Shown here piece by piece: positions 9,433 through 19,636 of a DNA stretch of 64,000 nt (the stretch's first letter is position 1; the number at the start of each line of letters is the position of its first letter). The DNA is from Candidatus Omnitrophota bacterium. Its GTDB lineage: Bacteria > Omnitrophota > Omnitrophia > Omnitrophales > Aquincolibacteriaceae. The position numbers and the translations under genes were made by a program. The stretch spans positions 12,284 to 76,283 of the forward strand of contig JAYTHE010000006.1 of NCBI GenBank assembly GCA_043732705.1. The letters run 5' to 3'. Below the pieces are notes generated by a model, which saw only the letters and a list, made by a program, of their open reading frames with translations, was not told the DNA's origin and searched no databases.

Positions 9433-9527
9433 CGCCCCGTTAGAGTTTTAACTAACTCAGCAGAGCAGTTTATTAATAGAAATTGGTTTTCTCAAGATGG
9501 TTTGATTTGTTCGAAACTCTAACGGGG
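9433..9527 (+). repeat. family-A palindromic element, divergent copy (TIR CCCGTTAGAGTTT / AAACTCTAACGGG), 5' of secDF
   Basis: Terminal inverted repeats read from sequence; related to copies at 14521 and 21761. Confidence 0.5.
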
Positions 9528-9537
9528 TAAATATTTT

Positions 9538-11751
9538 ATGGACAAGAATTATAAGTGGAAAGTTTTGTTTGTTCTTGCGTTGACCGGGCTTGCTGTTTGG
9601 AAAGCCTATCCGCTCGATAAGAAAATCAAGCTCGGTCTTGATTTGCGCGGCGGTATGCAGCTGATGCTGCAAGTGGATATGTCGAAGGTTCCCGAAAAAC
9701 AGCGCGGGGATGTGACTGAGCGTGTTGCCAGTGTGATCCGTAATCGTATCGATGAATTCGGCGTGGTTGAGCCTGAAATTTCCACACAAGGCCAAGATCA
9801 AGTTGTTGTAAAACTTCCCGGCATCACAGACCGCGAACGCGCGATCCAAATTGCCGGCCGAACTGCGCATTTGGAATTCAGAATTGTTTCCGATGAAGCG
9901 CCTGCCCCCGATAAAGACGGAAAAGCAGCCGCGGTTCCCGCGGGTTTTGAATATAAAAAAGTAAAAGACTCCGCAGCGGAAGAACAGCTTTTGCTTGCTA
10001 AAGACGCGGTTTTAACCGGTGAACGCTTGACCACTGCGGCTGTGGGCTTCGATCAATACGGCAAGCCGATGGTTGAATTGAGCTTTGATAAAGAAGGCGC
10101 GAAAATTTTTGACCGGGTTACATTTCAAAATATTGGAAAACGTCTTGCGATTGTGCTTGATGGTGTGATTCATTCTGCGCCCGTGATTCGTGACCGCATT
10201 TCCGGCGGAAACGCTCAAATCTCGGGCGGATTTTCAAACGAAGAAGCCAAGGATTTGGCGCTTGTTTTACGCGCCGGTGCTTTGCCTGCGCCTGTGAAAA
10301 TTGTAGAAGAACGCACGATCGGACCCAGTTTGGGACAGGACTCCGTCCGCAAATCAGTCAAGGCCGCGATTGTCGGCCTCGGAATCGTCGTGGTCTTTAT
10401 GTGTATTTATTATCAGCTCTGCGGTTTGATCGCGAGCGTGGGTCTTTTTGTTTATGCCGTGCTTGTGCTTGGCGCCATGGCGGCCTTCGGCCAAACTTTG
10501 ACTTTGCCTGGTATCGCGGGTTTTATTCTCTCGATCGGTATGGCCGTTGACGCGAACGTTCTTATTTTTGAACGTATGCGCGAAGAATTGGCTTTAGGTA
10601 AAAGTTTACGGGCCGCGATCTCCGTCGGCTATCACAAAGCGTTTAGCGCGATTCTCGATACGCATGTTACAACATTAATCACTTCAGCAATCCTGCTGAT
10701 TTTCGGAACAGGCCCGGTGCGCGGTTTTTCCGTAACTTTGATTATCGGTATTTTGGCGGATTTTATTTCCGCTTTGCTTGTGACGCGCATTATTTTCGAT
10801 TTCATTGCGGCGCGTAACCCCGATTTGAAACTGCATATGATGAATCTTTTCAAGAAACCGAATATTCGCTTTTTGAAAGGCCGGTTTTTTGCTTATGGTT
10901 TTTCTGTCGTCGTGCTTGTGATGGGTATCGCTTCGTATGCGATGCGCGGACAGCAAAGCTACGGCGTCGAATTTACAGGCGGAACTTTTACGCAAATAAA
11001 ATTTGAACAGCCGGTGGATATCGCGCAATTCCGCGCGGAACTCGGCAAAGAAAATCTCGGCAGTTTCACTTTGCAGCAAATCGGCGAAACAGCGGAAAAC
11101 ATGTTTACCGTAAAATTCCCTGGACATGACGTGAAGCCGTTGGAAGCTGCGGCGAAGCGCTTGGCAAAACCCTATAAAGTTTTGCGCGTCGATTTGGTTG
11201 GGCCGAGCGTTAGCAAAGATTTAAAAGAAAAAGCTTTGTGGGCAATTTTTTGGTCATGTGTGGGAATTTTGGTTTATTTGGGATTCCGTTTCCAATTCCA
11301 ACTTTCTTTTGCTGCGGTTGTCGCGCTCATTCACGATACGATTTTCGCGTTCGGGATTTTTATTTTAACCGGACATGAAATCAATCTCCCGATTGTTGCT
11401 GCGGTCTTAACGATTATCGGTTTTTCGGTTAACGATACTGTTGTGACGTTTGACCGTTTACGCGACAATCTTAAGATTATGCGCAAAGAAACATTTGCGG
11501 AAATCGTGGATGCGAGCGTAAATCAAACCTTGGGACGAACGGTTTTGACCACGGGTACGACCATGCTTTCAACGGCCGCGATTTATTTGTTCGGCGGTGC
11601 GGAAATTAAAGATTTCGCGTTCATTCTTTTGATCGGATTCGCGGTCGGTATTTATTCGACCGTATTCGTTGCATCCGCGCTTGTGGTGGATCTTCGCCGC
11701 AGCAAGGCTGCTCCGGCTAAGATTAAACTCGCTTCTAAAAAAGCACTGTAA
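9538..11751 (+). CDS. secDF: fused protein-export membrane protein SecDF
   Basis: 737 aa with SecD and SecF halves in one ORF; conserved queA-tgt-yajC-secD-secF order. Confidence 0.9.
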   Translation: MDKNYKWKVLFVLALTGLAVWKAYPLDKKIKLGLDLRGGMQLMLQVDMSKVPEKQRGDVTERVASVIRNRIDEFGVVEPEISTQGQDQVVVKLPGITDRERAIQIAGRTAHLEFRIVSDEAPAPDKDGKAAAVPAGFEYKKVKDSAAEEQLLLAKDAVLTGERLTTAAVGFDQYGKPMVELSFDKEGAKIFDRVTFQNIGKRLAIVLDGVIHSAPVIRDRISGGNAQISGGFSNEEAKDLALVLRAGALPAPVKIVEERTIGPSLGQDSVRKSVKAAIVGLGIVVVFMCIYYQLCGLIASVGLFVYAVLVLGAMAAFGQTLTLPGIAGFILSIGMAVDANVLIFERMREELALGKSLRAAISVGYHKAFSAILDTHVTTLITSAILLIFGTGPVRGFSVTLIIGILADFISALLVTRIIFDFIAARNPDLKLHMMNLFKKPNIRFLKGRFFAYGFSVVVLVMGIASYAMRGQQSYGVEFTGGTFTQIKFEQPVDIAQFRAELGKENLGSFTLQQIGETAENMFTVKFPGHDVKPLEAAAKRLAKPYKVLRVDLVGPSVSKDLKEKALWAIFWSCVGILVYLGFRFQFQLSFAAVVALIHDTIFAFGIFILTGHEINLPIVAAVLTIIGFSVNDTVVTFDRLRDNLKIMRKETFAEIVDASVNQTLGRTVLTTGTTMLSTAAIYLFGGAEIKDFAFILLIGFAVGIYSTVFVASALVVDLRRSKAAPAKIKLASKKAL

Positions 11752-11752
11752 A

Positions 11753-11783
11753 TTTTTGCTCTGCGCCTTCGGCGCAACCGCAA
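11753..11783 (+). repeat. family-C ~30-nt REP-like hairpin element (TTTTTGCTCTGCGCC-TTCG-GCGCAACCGCAA)
   Basis: Ten or more copies in both orientations: 13507-13532(+), 13563-13593(-), 20591-20658(+, two tandem), 24395-24431(-), 47771-47859(+, two or more), 50037-50065(+, inside uvrA), 58434-58465(-), 60244-60274(+), 60999-61026(+). Confidence 0.55.
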
Positions 11784-11800
11784 CTTTCGCAGTAAAAAGT

Positions 11801-11835
11801 AAAGGAGTCAGACACATGGGTGTCTGACTCCTTTG
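11801..11835 (+). terminator. rho-independent terminator after secDF (perfect 15-bp stem AAAGGAGTCAGACAC/GTGTCTGACTCCTTT followed by a T-run)
   Basis: Inverted repeat read directly from the sequence. Confidence 0.7.
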
Positions 11836-11858
11836 TTATTTATGGTAAACTACGCGGC

Positions 11859-13505
11859 ATGACGAATTCAATTTCCACATTCACTCCTTCTGCGCTGCTT
11901 CTTAAAATTCTGGAAAAAAAGGGACTGACTGATCCAGATTCAATTCGTGAGTATTTATCGCCGCAATTGTCTTCTTTATTCGATCCTTTGCGCATGAAAG
12001 GTATGGCCGAAGCCGTTGAACGGATCCGCCGCGCGGTTTTAAGCCGGGACCCCATTCTGGTGCACGGAGACTACGATGTAGACGGTATTACGGGCACGGC
12101 GGTCGTGGCGCGTTTACTGGAGAAGCTTGGCGCACAATTTACTACTTTTCTTCCCGAACGCGAACGTGATGGCTATGGGGTTAGTTCACGGGCTATTCGC
12201 GAAGGCGCGGCGGCGGGAACCAAGATTTTAATTACGGTTGATTGCGGAGTTGCAGCAACGGAACAGGTGAAACTAGCGCGGGAATTGGGACTTGATGTGA
12301 TCGTGATTGACCATCATCGTATTCCCGCTTCGGGTGTTCCGAATGCCAATATCATTTTGAATCCTTTACAGGAAGATTGCCCTTATCCGTTTAAAGAGCT
12401 GTCCGCGGCCGGACTTGCGTTTAAATTGGCGCAGGCTTTTTTAGGCGACGACGCGTTTGAGTTTTTGGATTTGGCCGCGTTGTCCACAATCAGCGATGTC
12501 GCGCCGCTGTGCTCGGAAAACCGTGTGATCGTTAAAAAAGGCTTGGAAGTGATCGCGGCTCAAAAAAAAGCCGGCATCGCGGCTTTGATCGCGGTATCAA
12601 AAATCCGAGGTTCTAAAATCGGCGTAACCCAAGTGGCTTTTCAGCTTGCACCGAGAATTAATGCCGCGGGGCGCATGGGTTCGCCCGATTCCGCTTTGCG
12701 TTTGCTTTTAACTGAATCATTGAAAGAGGCTTCAAGTCTCGCCAATATTTTGGAAAGTGAAAATGAAGAACGCAAATTAATTGAACGCCGCTGTACCAAA
12801 GAAGCGATTGAATGGGTCGAAAGGAATGCTAATTTTAACCGCGATAAAGTGCTGGTCGCGGCGTCAGAAAGTTGGCATGTCGGCGTCATCGGAATTGTAG
12901 CGGCGCGTCTCGTTGATAAGTTTCACCGTCCGTCGATTGTAATCGGGTTTCAAAACGGAGTGGGTAAGGGGTCGGGAAGATCGATTCCCGGTTTTAACTT
13001 GTTTCATGCTTTGCAGTATTCCAAGGAGACATTGAAAGAATCCGGTGGACACGCGCAAGCCGCCGGCCTTTCGATTGAGCCGAAACAGGTGGATGCGTTT
13101 CGCGCTAAAATTAATGCTTACGCCGTTGAAAATCTGGACGCGAAACATCTTTCTAAACGAATTGAAGCTGATTTAGAAATAGAGTTGAGTGATTTGAGTG
13201 ATCAGCTGCTATCCGAACTTGAATGGCTGGAGCCGCATGGCGCGGGCAATCCCGCCCCGCGATTTTTAACGCGCGGACTAAAAATTATTTCTAATCCCAG
13301 AAAGTCACCGATCGGAATTTATGAAGCCGTTGTTAGCGATGGCAAAGAAAAAGGGATGATGCATTTCAAAGAAGATGACTATTTAAAGTTGATTGGATTA
13401 CCCAAGGACGGAACGTTTGAAGCGGTATATGAAGTCCGGAAAAAGTCCTGGAACGGAATCGACAGCATTGTTTTTTCTGCAAAACAAATAGACCTTACGC
13501 TGTAA
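11859..13505 (+). CDS. recJ: single-stranded-DNA-specific exonuclease RecJ (DHH/DHHA1)
   Basis: LVHGDYDVDGITGTAVV DHH motif and RecJ-like length; the track start at 11820 lies inside the terminator hairpin, so the in-frame ATG at 11859 is preferred. Confidence 0.8.
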   Translation: MTNSISTFTPSALLLKILEKKGLTDPDSIREYLSPQLSSLFDPLRMKGMAEAVERIRRAVLSRDPILVHGDYDVDGITGTAVVARLLEKLGAQFTTFLPERERDGYGVSSRAIREGAAAGTKILITVDCGVAATEQVKLARELGLDVIVIDHHRIPASGVPNANIILNPLQEDCPYPFKELSAAGLAFKLAQAFLGDDAFEFLDLAALSTISDVAPLCSENRVIVKKGLEVIAAQKKAGIAALIAVSKIRGSKIGVTQVAFQLAPRINAAGRMGSPDSALRLLLTESLKEASSLANILESENEERKLIERRCTKEAIEWVERNANFNRDKVLVAASESWHVGVIGIVAARLVDKFHRPSIVIGFQNGVGKGSGRSIPGFNLFHALQYSKETLKESGGHAQAAGLSIEPKQVDAFRAKINAYAVENLDAKHLSKRIEADLEIELSDLSDQLLSELEWLEPHGAGNPAPRFLTRGLKIISNPRKSPIGIYEAVVSDGKEKGMMHFKEDDYLKLIGLPKDGTFEAVYEVRKKSWNGIDSIVFSAKQIDLTL

Positions 13506-13604
13506 TATTTTTCTCTGCGCCAGCGGCATCAATTTTTTTCTGGGCTTTGCCCAACCCCATCCGCGATTGAGCAAGCTCAGAGCTAATATAAAACTGTAAA
13601 AAGA

Positions 13605-13636
13605 AAAGCCCCCATTTTTCAATGGGGGCTTTTTTG
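13605..13636. terminator. bidirectional rho-independent terminator between convergent recJ and rpmB (GCCCCCATT-TTTC-AATGGGGGC flanked by A/T runs)
   Basis: Perfect 9-bp stem with A-run upstream and T-run downstream. Confidence 0.7.
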
Positions 13637-13675
13637 TGTCGATTGCGTCCTCAGACGCAGGCCAAATATGGATCG

Positions 13676-13942
13676 TTATGCTGCAGCGGCTTCTTTAGTA
13701 TAGAGGCGGCGGGGCGGCGCTTTTCTGACTTTGCCCGCTTGAATGCAACTCGTGCAAACCTTAATGGCTTTCACTGAACCGGAAGCGAGAATGGCGCGTA
13801 CTTTCTGCAAATTCGGCAGAAAGCGGCGGCGGGTAATACCGGTCGTTTTCTTACCGATACCGCCTGATTTCTTTGAAAGACCGCGGCGCGCGATCGAATT
13901 TCCAACAATGGGTTTTTTTCCGCAAATTGCACATGTCTTCAC
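13676..13942 (-). CDS. rpmB: 50S ribosomal protein L28
   Basis: MKTCAICGKKP...RRRFLPNLQKVR matches the L28 N-terminal signature; C-terminal basic extension. Confidence 0.75.
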   Translation of the reverse strand: MKTCAICGKKPIVGNSIARRGLSKKSGGIGKKTTGITRRRFLPNLQKVRAILASGSVKAIKVCTSCIQAGKVRKAPPRRLYTKEAAAA

Positions 13943-14128
13943 TGTAATACTCCACTTAATTTAAGCCCCGCTGCTCAAACAGTCCTCGCTTCGCTGCGGA
14001 ACTCGCATCGACGCTTAAACAATGTTCCGTAGGGGCATTGCCCTTTACCTGCGGCAAAGGGCGATTCGAAGTTTGCTGGTCGCAAACTCGCTTACAAAGG
14101 AAGCGTCATTATAGGAATCCATTCACGC

Positions 14129-14157
14129 TTGGCAAGTGCTTTTTTCTGGGCTATACT
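14129..14157 (+). promoter_or_regulatory. sigma70-type promoter TTGGCA-N17-TATACT upstream of the CBM48 gene/glgA
   Basis: Near-consensus -35 and -10 hexamers with 17-nt spacer, read from sequence. Confidence 0.5.
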
Positions 14158-14191
14158 CCGACTCCATTTTAAAAAAATCCGGAGGCATTTT

Positions 14192-14506
14192 ATGGCAACT
14201 CGAACCGCGTCGAAAAAAGCTCCTGTCAAGGCGCCCAAGCTTAAGATTCAGAAGACAATTTTTAAGTATTTTGCGCCTGAAGCCAAAGAAGTTTGCCTGG
14301 CTGGGACATTTAATCAATGGCTTGATAAAGACCTTTTCCTTAAAAAGGACAAAGAAGGCTATTGGAAGACTTCCATGCCCCTTGGCGAAGGACGTTATGA
14401 GTACCGCTATATTGTCGATGGAAACTGGACCAATGCCCAGGAGCAGCTCGAGGCTGTTCCGAATTCCTTTGGAACGTGGAATACGGTTCTCCAAATTCAG
14501 AACTAA
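14192..14506 (+). CDS. CBM48/AMPK-beta-like glycogen-binding domain protein
   Basis: Start ATG at 14192 with GGAGG 6 nt upstream; ...GEGRYEYRYIVDGNW... resembles glycogen-binding E-set/CBM48 domains; lies next to glgA. Confidence 0.55.
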   Translation: MATRTASKKAPVKAPKLKIQKTIFKYFAPEAKEVCLAGTFNQWLDKDLFLKKDKEGYWKTSMPLGEGRYEYRYIVDGNWTNAQEQLEAVPNSFGTWNTVLQIQN

Positions 14507-14520
14507 GATTACTTATATGA

Positions 14521-14631
14521 ATGAATGCCGTTAGACTCTTAACCTACACTGTTATGAATATATATAAACTAAAGCTTGAAAAATTGCGCAACTATGCTTG
14601 TTGCTATTTGAAGAGAGTCTAACAGGATGAA
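14521..14631 (+). repeat. family-A ~110-nt MITE-like element flush with the glgA start codon (ATGAAT...CCGTTAGACTCTTAAC...GAAGAGAGTCTAACAGG ATGAA)
   Basis: High similarity to 21761..21871 over the whole length; TIRs; flanking ATGAA(T/A) on both sides. Confidence 0.6.
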
Positions 14632-16093
14632 AATTGTTCATGTCGCTTCCGAATTCGGGAAATTTGCGAAAACAGGCGGTTTGGCCGATGTTACTTCCTC
14701 TTTAACGGATGCCTTGGCCGGGCTGGGGCATGAGGTTTCTGTTTTTTTGCCGCGTTATCGTTTTTCCGATAAAGTGACAACGGGTTTTAAGAAAGTCATT
14801 GATGCGCTCGATGTCACCATCGGCCATCAAAAAGAAAAGGGCGCGGTTTATTCCGGCAAGCTTGAATCGGGAGTCACCGTTTACCTGATTGACCACCCCG
14901 AGTTTTTTACCCGCGAATTTATCTACGGAACCTACACCGGCGATTATGCCGACAATGACCGCCGCTTTACTTTTTTTCAGCGCGCAGTTTTGACAGCGAT
15001 TGATAAACTCGCACTGGATCCCGAGATTATTCATTGCCACGATTGGCAAACAGGCTTGATTCCGGTTTATTTGAAGAACCGTGATTTTCGCGGCGGGCGA
15101 TTTAAAAAAATCAGAACTGTTTTCACGGTGCATAACCTTGCCTATCAAGGTAATTTTCCGCCTGATTCGTTGCCCGTAACGGGGCTGGGTTGGGAGCATT
15201 TCCGGTTTGATTTATTGGAATTTTACGGCAAGGTCAGTTTTATTAAAGGCGGACTTGTTTTTGCCGATGCGGTGACAACTGTGAGTGAACGCTACGCGCG
15301 CGAAATTCAAACCAAAGAATTTGGCTGCGGGCTGGATGCTGTTTTACGCGAGCGCGCGCTTGATTTGCATGGCATTGTAAACGGTATTAATCCGGAAGAG
15401 TGGAATCCGGCGGGCGAAACCGGCTTAGCGGCCAATTTTTCAGCCTCAAGCCTTGCGGGTAAGGCCACATGCAAGCAAGCGCTTCAGCGCGACAATGAAT
15501 TTGTGCCAGATGAAAAAATTCCGGTGTTTGCTTTTGTGTCCCGTTTGGTTTCGCAAAAGGGCCTAGATATTTTGATTCCGGCTTTTGAAGCGCTCGCGGG
15601 GATGGAAATTCAGCTTTTGGTTTTAGGAACAGGTGAAGAGCGTTATCACCAGGCTTTGCGCGACCTTGCGAAAAAGAACCGCGAATGGCTCAAAGTACAT
15701 ATTGTTTTTGATCCCGCGACGGCAAAGCAAATGTATTCCGGTAGTGATTTCTTTTTGCTGCCCTCGCTGTATGAACCTTGCGGCTTAGGGCAAATGATCG
15801 CTTTGCGATACGGAACCATTCCCGTGGTGCGCGAAATCGGCGGCCTGGCGGATACGGTGACCGAATTTAACCCTGTTTCATGCACCGGGAACGGCTTTGT
15901 TTTTCAGGAATATAAGGCCGAGGCGCTGATTGACGCCGTGCGCCGTGCGGTTAAAGTTTTTAAAAAGAAAAAAGAGTGGCAGCAGCTGCAGCAAAACGCT
16001 TTTGCCTGTGATTTTTCGTGGGAAGCTTCCGCCAAAAAGTACGTTGAGCTTTATAAAAACGTTAAGCCGATCAAGGTAAAACTTGAGAAGTAA
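14627..16093 (+). CDS. glgA: glycogen synthase (ADP-glucose type, GT5)
   Basis: MKIVHVASEFGKFAKTGGLADV N-terminal signature; full length ~488 aa. Confidence 0.9.
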   Translation: MKIVHVASEFGKFAKTGGLADVTSSLTDALAGLGHEVSVFLPRYRFSDKVTTGFKKVIDALDVTIGHQKEKGAVYSGKLESGVTVYLIDHPEFFTREFIYGTYTGDYADNDRRFTFFQRAVLTAIDKLALDPEIIHCHDWQTGLIPVYLKNRDFRGGRFKKIRTVFTVHNLAYQGNFPPDSLPVTGLGWEHFRFDLLEFYGKVSFIKGGLVFADAVTTVSERYAREIQTKEFGCGLDAVLRERALDLHGIVNGINPEEWNPAGETGLAANFSASSLAGKATCKQALQRDNEFVPDEKIPVFAFVSRLVSQKGLDILIPAFEALAGMEIQLLVLGTGEERYHQALRDLAKKNREWLKVHIVFDPATAKQMYSGSDFFLLPSLYEPCGLGQMIALRYGTIPVVREIGGLADTVTEFNPVSCTGNGFVFQEYKAEALIDAVRRAVKVFKKKKEWQQLQQNAFACDFSWEASAKKYVELYKNVKPIKVKLEK

Positions 16094-16245
16094 GCTCTAA
16101 GCACGAAACCCTAAATCATAAATAAATTCCAATGATTGAAATCCAAAAGCGTGTCTTTGAGTCATTGAAATTTGTTGCTTTGTGTTTATTTAGAATTTAG
16201 ATATTAGGATTTGGGATTTAAATATGTCTAACGATATTTTAAAAA
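16094..16245. repeat. family-D ~130-150-nt palindromic AT-rich element (ends CTCTAAGCAC…CTAAATCATAAATAAA / TTTATTTAGAATTTAGA)
   Basis: Reverse complement of 33644..33768 aligns with it (CTCTAAGCAC, CTAAATC(A/C)TAAATAAAT, CCAA...). Confidence 0.45.
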
Positions 16246-16311
16246 TCGGCTGGTTATATTTGCGCCTCTCGACAAGGCTCGAGGCGCGGCTGCAATTATT
16301 TGAGAGCAAGC

Positions 16312-17085
16312 ATGAGTGATATGCTAAAAATCGGAAAATTTGAGATTCGTTCCCGGCTTTTGATCGGTACGGGGAAGTATCCGTCTTTCGAAGTGATGCG
16401 CGAAGCGCATATCGCCGCCGGCGTGGATATGGTGACGCTTGCGACCGCACGTTTTGATTTATCAAACAGGAAAGAAAAAAACATTCTTGATTTTATTGAT
16501 CAAAAGAAAATTAAAATTCTTCCGAATACAGCCGGCGCTTATACCGTAAAAGACGCGGTGCGCATTGCCTGCCTGGCGCGTGAAGCTGGAATGGGCGAGT
16601 TGGTAAAACTCGAAGTGATCGGCGATCCAAAAACTTTGATGCCGGATGTTGTCGGCTTGATTGAAGCAACCCGTGAATTGGTGAAAGACGGTTTCACGGT
16701 CATGCCTTATACAAGTGATGATTTGGTCGTGGCAAAAAAACTAGTCGATGCGGGCGCGGCCTGCGTCATGCCGCTTGCGGCGCCGATTGGCTCGGGGCGC
16801 GGCATTCAAAATAAATTAGCCTTAAAACTTTTAATCGAGGCGGTGGATTGCCCCGTGATTATTGACGCAGGCGTCGGTACGGCATCCGATGCGGCGATTG
16901 CCATGGAGCTCGGCGCCGATGGCGTTCTTCTCAATACGGCGATTGCCGAAGCAAAAGATCCGGTTTTAATGGCGCAAGCGATGAAGGAAGCGGTGAGCGC
17001 CGGCCGTAAAGCATTTCAAGCGGGACGAATGGCTATTAGGGATTACGCTTCAGCTTCATCACCCCAACAAGGCTTAAAAGTCTGA
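16312..17085 (+). CDS. thiG: thiazole synthase
   Basis: MSDMLKIGKFEIRSRLLIGTGKY...; ThiG-like length; first in-frame ATG at 16312 (the track uses TTG at 16300). Confidence 0.85.
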   Translation: MSDMLKIGKFEIRSRLLIGTGKYPSFEVMREAHIAAGVDMVTLATARFDLSNRKEKNILDFIDQKKIKILPNTAGAYTVKDAVRIACLAREAGMGELVKLEVIGDPKTLMPDVVGLIEATRELVKDGFTVMPYTSDDLVVAKKLVDAGAACVMPLAAPIGSGRGIQNKLALKLLIEAVDCPVIIDAGVGTASDAAIAMELGADGVLLNTAIAEAKDPVLMAQAMKEAVSAGRKAFQAGRMAIRDYASASSPQQGLKV

Positions 17086-17212
17086 TGAAAAATTCCATCT
17101 ACTGCGTTACAAGCTTCACAGCGGTTCGCTTGCGAATCGCCAAACGATTCATAGGCTTGTGCGGCGTATTTCTGCATACGCCTCCGCGGGCACTCGCTTG
17201 CGCCTTGTATTT
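17086..17212 (+). repeat. family-B ~100-127-nt repeat immediately after the thiG stop (…TCCATCT(A/G)CTGCGTT…TGTGCGGCGTATTTCTGCATACGCCTCCGCGG…CTTGCGCCTTG…)
   Basis: Three near-identical copies (17086, 27694, 59718), all + orientation, all starting at a TGA/TAA-AAAA stop context. Confidence 0.6.
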
Positions 17213-17243
17213 GATCAAACTATAAGAAACAGGAAGGTTTGTT

Positions 17244-18317
17244 GTGTATAAAATCGCATTATTGCCGGGCGACGGCATTGGTCTCGAAGTTACGGAACAA
17301 GTTGTAAAAATTTTAAAAAAACTGCAATCCGAATTTCATATTGTTTTTGAAACCGAAAAATATTTGATTGGCGGGTGCTCGATTGATGCGCATGGCGAAC
17401 CTTTGACGGATGAAACGCTCGCTAAAATTAAAAAAGCGGATGCAGTTTTTCTTGGCGCGGTCGGCGGACCCAAATGGGATAATCTTGAATCGGCGAAACG
17501 CCCGGAAAAAGGATTGTTGAAGCTGCGCAAAGGTTTGAATGCTTACGCCAACGTTCGTCCGGTCAAAATGTTTGACGCGCTGGTTCAACGATCTTCCTTA
17601 AAACCTGAAATTGTGAAGGGGCTCGACTTCGTCATTTTACGCGAATTGGTGAGCGGAATTTATTTCGGCGAACCGCGCGGGTTCAAAAAAAACGCAGCGG
17701 GTGAAGAACAGGGTTTCAATACCATGATTTACTCCGAATCCGAAGTCGAACGCATTGCGAAAAAAGCATTTGAAATCGCGCGTAAGCGAAAAAAAATCGT
17801 CACTTCGGTAGATAAAGCAAATGTGCTCGAAGTTTCCCAGCTTTGGCGCAAAGTTGTTGAGCGTGTTCACAAACAATATCCGGACGTTCAGTTGAATCAC
17901 CGTTATGTGGATGATTGCGCGATGCAGTTTATCCGCGATCCAAAGCAATTTGACGTTGTTGTTACCGGAAATTTATTCGGAGATATTTTAAGTGATGAAG
18001 CTGCGATGCTCACGGGTTCGATTGGCATGCTGCCGTCAGCTTCGCTTGGCGACACGATCGGCCTTTATGAGCCGGTGCATGGTTCCGCACCTGATATCGC
18101 GGGCCAGGACAAAGCTAATCCCTTGGCATCGATTTTGACTCTGGCCATGATGCTGGAGTCGAGCTTTAATTTGTTTGATTTATCGGATAAATTAGTTAAA
18201 GCCGTTGAGTCTGTTTTGACCGAAGGCTACCGTACCGGTGATATTTTTACTGAAGGTTCGAAACTTGTCAGCTGTTCCAAAATGGGCGATTTGATCGCGG
18301 AACGGATTAAAAAATGA
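17244..18317 (+). CDS. leuB: 3-isopropylmalate dehydrogenase (isocitrate/isopropylmalate DH family)
   Basis: NLFGDILSDEAAMLTGSIGMLPSASLG signature; 357 aa. Confidence 0.7.
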   Translation: MYKIALLPGDGIGLEVTEQVVKILKKLQSEFHIVFETEKYLIGGCSIDAHGEPLTDETLAKIKKADAVFLGAVGGPKWDNLESAKRPEKGLLKLRKGLNAYANVRPVKMFDALVQRSSLKPEIVKGLDFVILRELVSGIYFGEPRGFKKNAAGEEQGFNTMIYSESEVERIAKKAFEIARKRKKIVTSVDKANVLEVSQLWRKVVERVHKQYPDVQLNHRYVDDCAMQFIRDPKQFDVVVTGNLFGDILSDEAAMLTGSIGMLPSASLGDTIGLYEPVHGSAPDIAGQDKANPLASILTLAMMLESSFNLFDLSDKLVKAVESVLTEGYRTGDIFTEGSKLVSCSKMGDLIAERIKK

Positions 18318-18414
18318 CATGCAAAGCATGTCATCCCGTAAAACGAACGAAGTGAGTTTATACGGGATCTAGATTCCCATTTTCGCGGGATTTTTTTGAT
18401 TTTAAAAGGATTTT

Positions 18415-19506
18415 ATGAAGAAGAAAGACAAATATAATATTGCGGTCGTGGGCGCAAAGGGCGCCGTCGGCTATGAAATGATCAAGCTGCTTGCTGATTC
18501 TAAAATCGCAGTTGGGGAATTCAAGCCTTTCGGATCGGCGCGCACAAAAGGCGCCGAGATTTTATTTCGCGGCAAGACTTACAAAAATAACGAACTCAAA
18601 TCGACACGTGAAGAGTTCAAAGGTATCGACATTGTTTTGTCGAGTCCGGGCGCTTCGGTCAGCAAGCAATTTGCGCCAGCTGCAATTGCTGAAGGGGCGA
18701 TTATTATCGATAACACCAGCGCATTTCGCATGGATCCAAAGGTCCCGCTTGTGATTCCTGAAATTAACGCGAGTGATATTAAAGAAGACAGCAAAATCAT
18801 CGCCAATCCGAATTGTTCGGCGATTATGATGTTGATGGCTGTTGCGCCTTTACATAAGGTTAATCGAATCCGCCGCATTCATTGCGCCACCTATCAGGCT
18901 GTCAGCGGTGCCGGTGCGACGGCCATGGTCGAACTTTATTCCCAGGCCAAAGAATTTGTTGAGCGTGTTGAGAAGAACCCAAAGAGTAAAAGCGATTTGC
19001 TGGCTGCGGTCCAGGATGAAACCGACCGTTTAAGTAAATCTCCGCTTGCTAAGAGCGTTTTTCCGCATCAAATTGCATTCAATTTGTTTTCGCATAACGC
19101 TGCGATTGAAGATAAAGGTTATAACGGTGAAGAGTTAAAAATGATCCAGGAATCGAAAAAGATTCTGCATGATAACTCGATTCAAATCGCGACCACCTGT
19201 ATCCGCGTGCCGGTATTACGTGCGCACACCGAAGTGCTCTACATAGAGTTTGAGAAGAAAATGACACCGGATGAAGCTCTTGGAATTTTGATCAAGTCTC
19301 CGGGTATCGAAATCCAAAACAATCCGAAAGATAATCATTTTCCGATGCCGATCGAGGCTACCGGTAAAAAGAAAGTGCTCGTGGGCCGTATCCGCGAAGA
19401 TTTGTCCTGCGAAAACGGGTTAGCTCTCATGGTTTCCGGCGATCAATTGTGGAAAGGTGCAGCCCTCAATGCCGTTCAAATCGCCGAGTATCTTGTCAGC
19501 CATTGA
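18415..19506 (+). CDS. asd: aspartate-semialdehyde dehydrogenase
   Basis: NIAVVGAKGAVG Rossmann N-terminus and active-site NCSAI motif. Confidence 0.85.
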   Translation: MKKKDKYNIAVVGAKGAVGYEMIKLLADSKIAVGEFKPFGSARTKGAEILFRGKTYKNNELKSTREEFKGIDIVLSSPGASVSKQFAPAAIAEGAIIIDNTSAFRMDPKVPLVIPEINASDIKEDSKIIANPNCSAIMMLMAVAPLHKVNRIRRIHCATYQAVSGAGATAMVELYSQAKEFVERVEKNPKSKSDLLAAVQDETDRLSKSPLAKSVFPHQIAFNLFSHNAAIEDKGYNGEELKMIQESKKILHDNSIQIATTCIRVPVLRAHTEVLYIEFEKKMTPDEALGILIKSPGIEIQNNPKDNHFPMPIEATGKKKVLVGRIREDLSCENGLALMVSGDQLWKGAALNAVQIAEYLVSH

Positions 19507-19636
19507 AAGTGGCTCGTCTGCGGCGTTACAAATTCGCAATTTTCAGTCAACGTGCGTTTTCAGCGCGCCTTCTTCGATTGCTCATTTGTGCCTTGCATCC
19601 TAACCATTTTGAATGGCTTCTCTTTCGTCAACTTTT

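Noticed and set aside
11820-11858. Track start of recJ at 11820
   Set aside because: Codons 1-5 would lie inside the perfect 15-bp secDF terminator hairpin. An in-frame ATG at 11859 follows it.
16094-16311. TPP riboswitch upstream of thiG
   Set aside because: The conserved CUGAGA and ACCUGAUC(U/C)GGNUAAUACC elements could not be found. The spacer is instead occupied by the family-D palindromic repeat and a simple GC hairpin.
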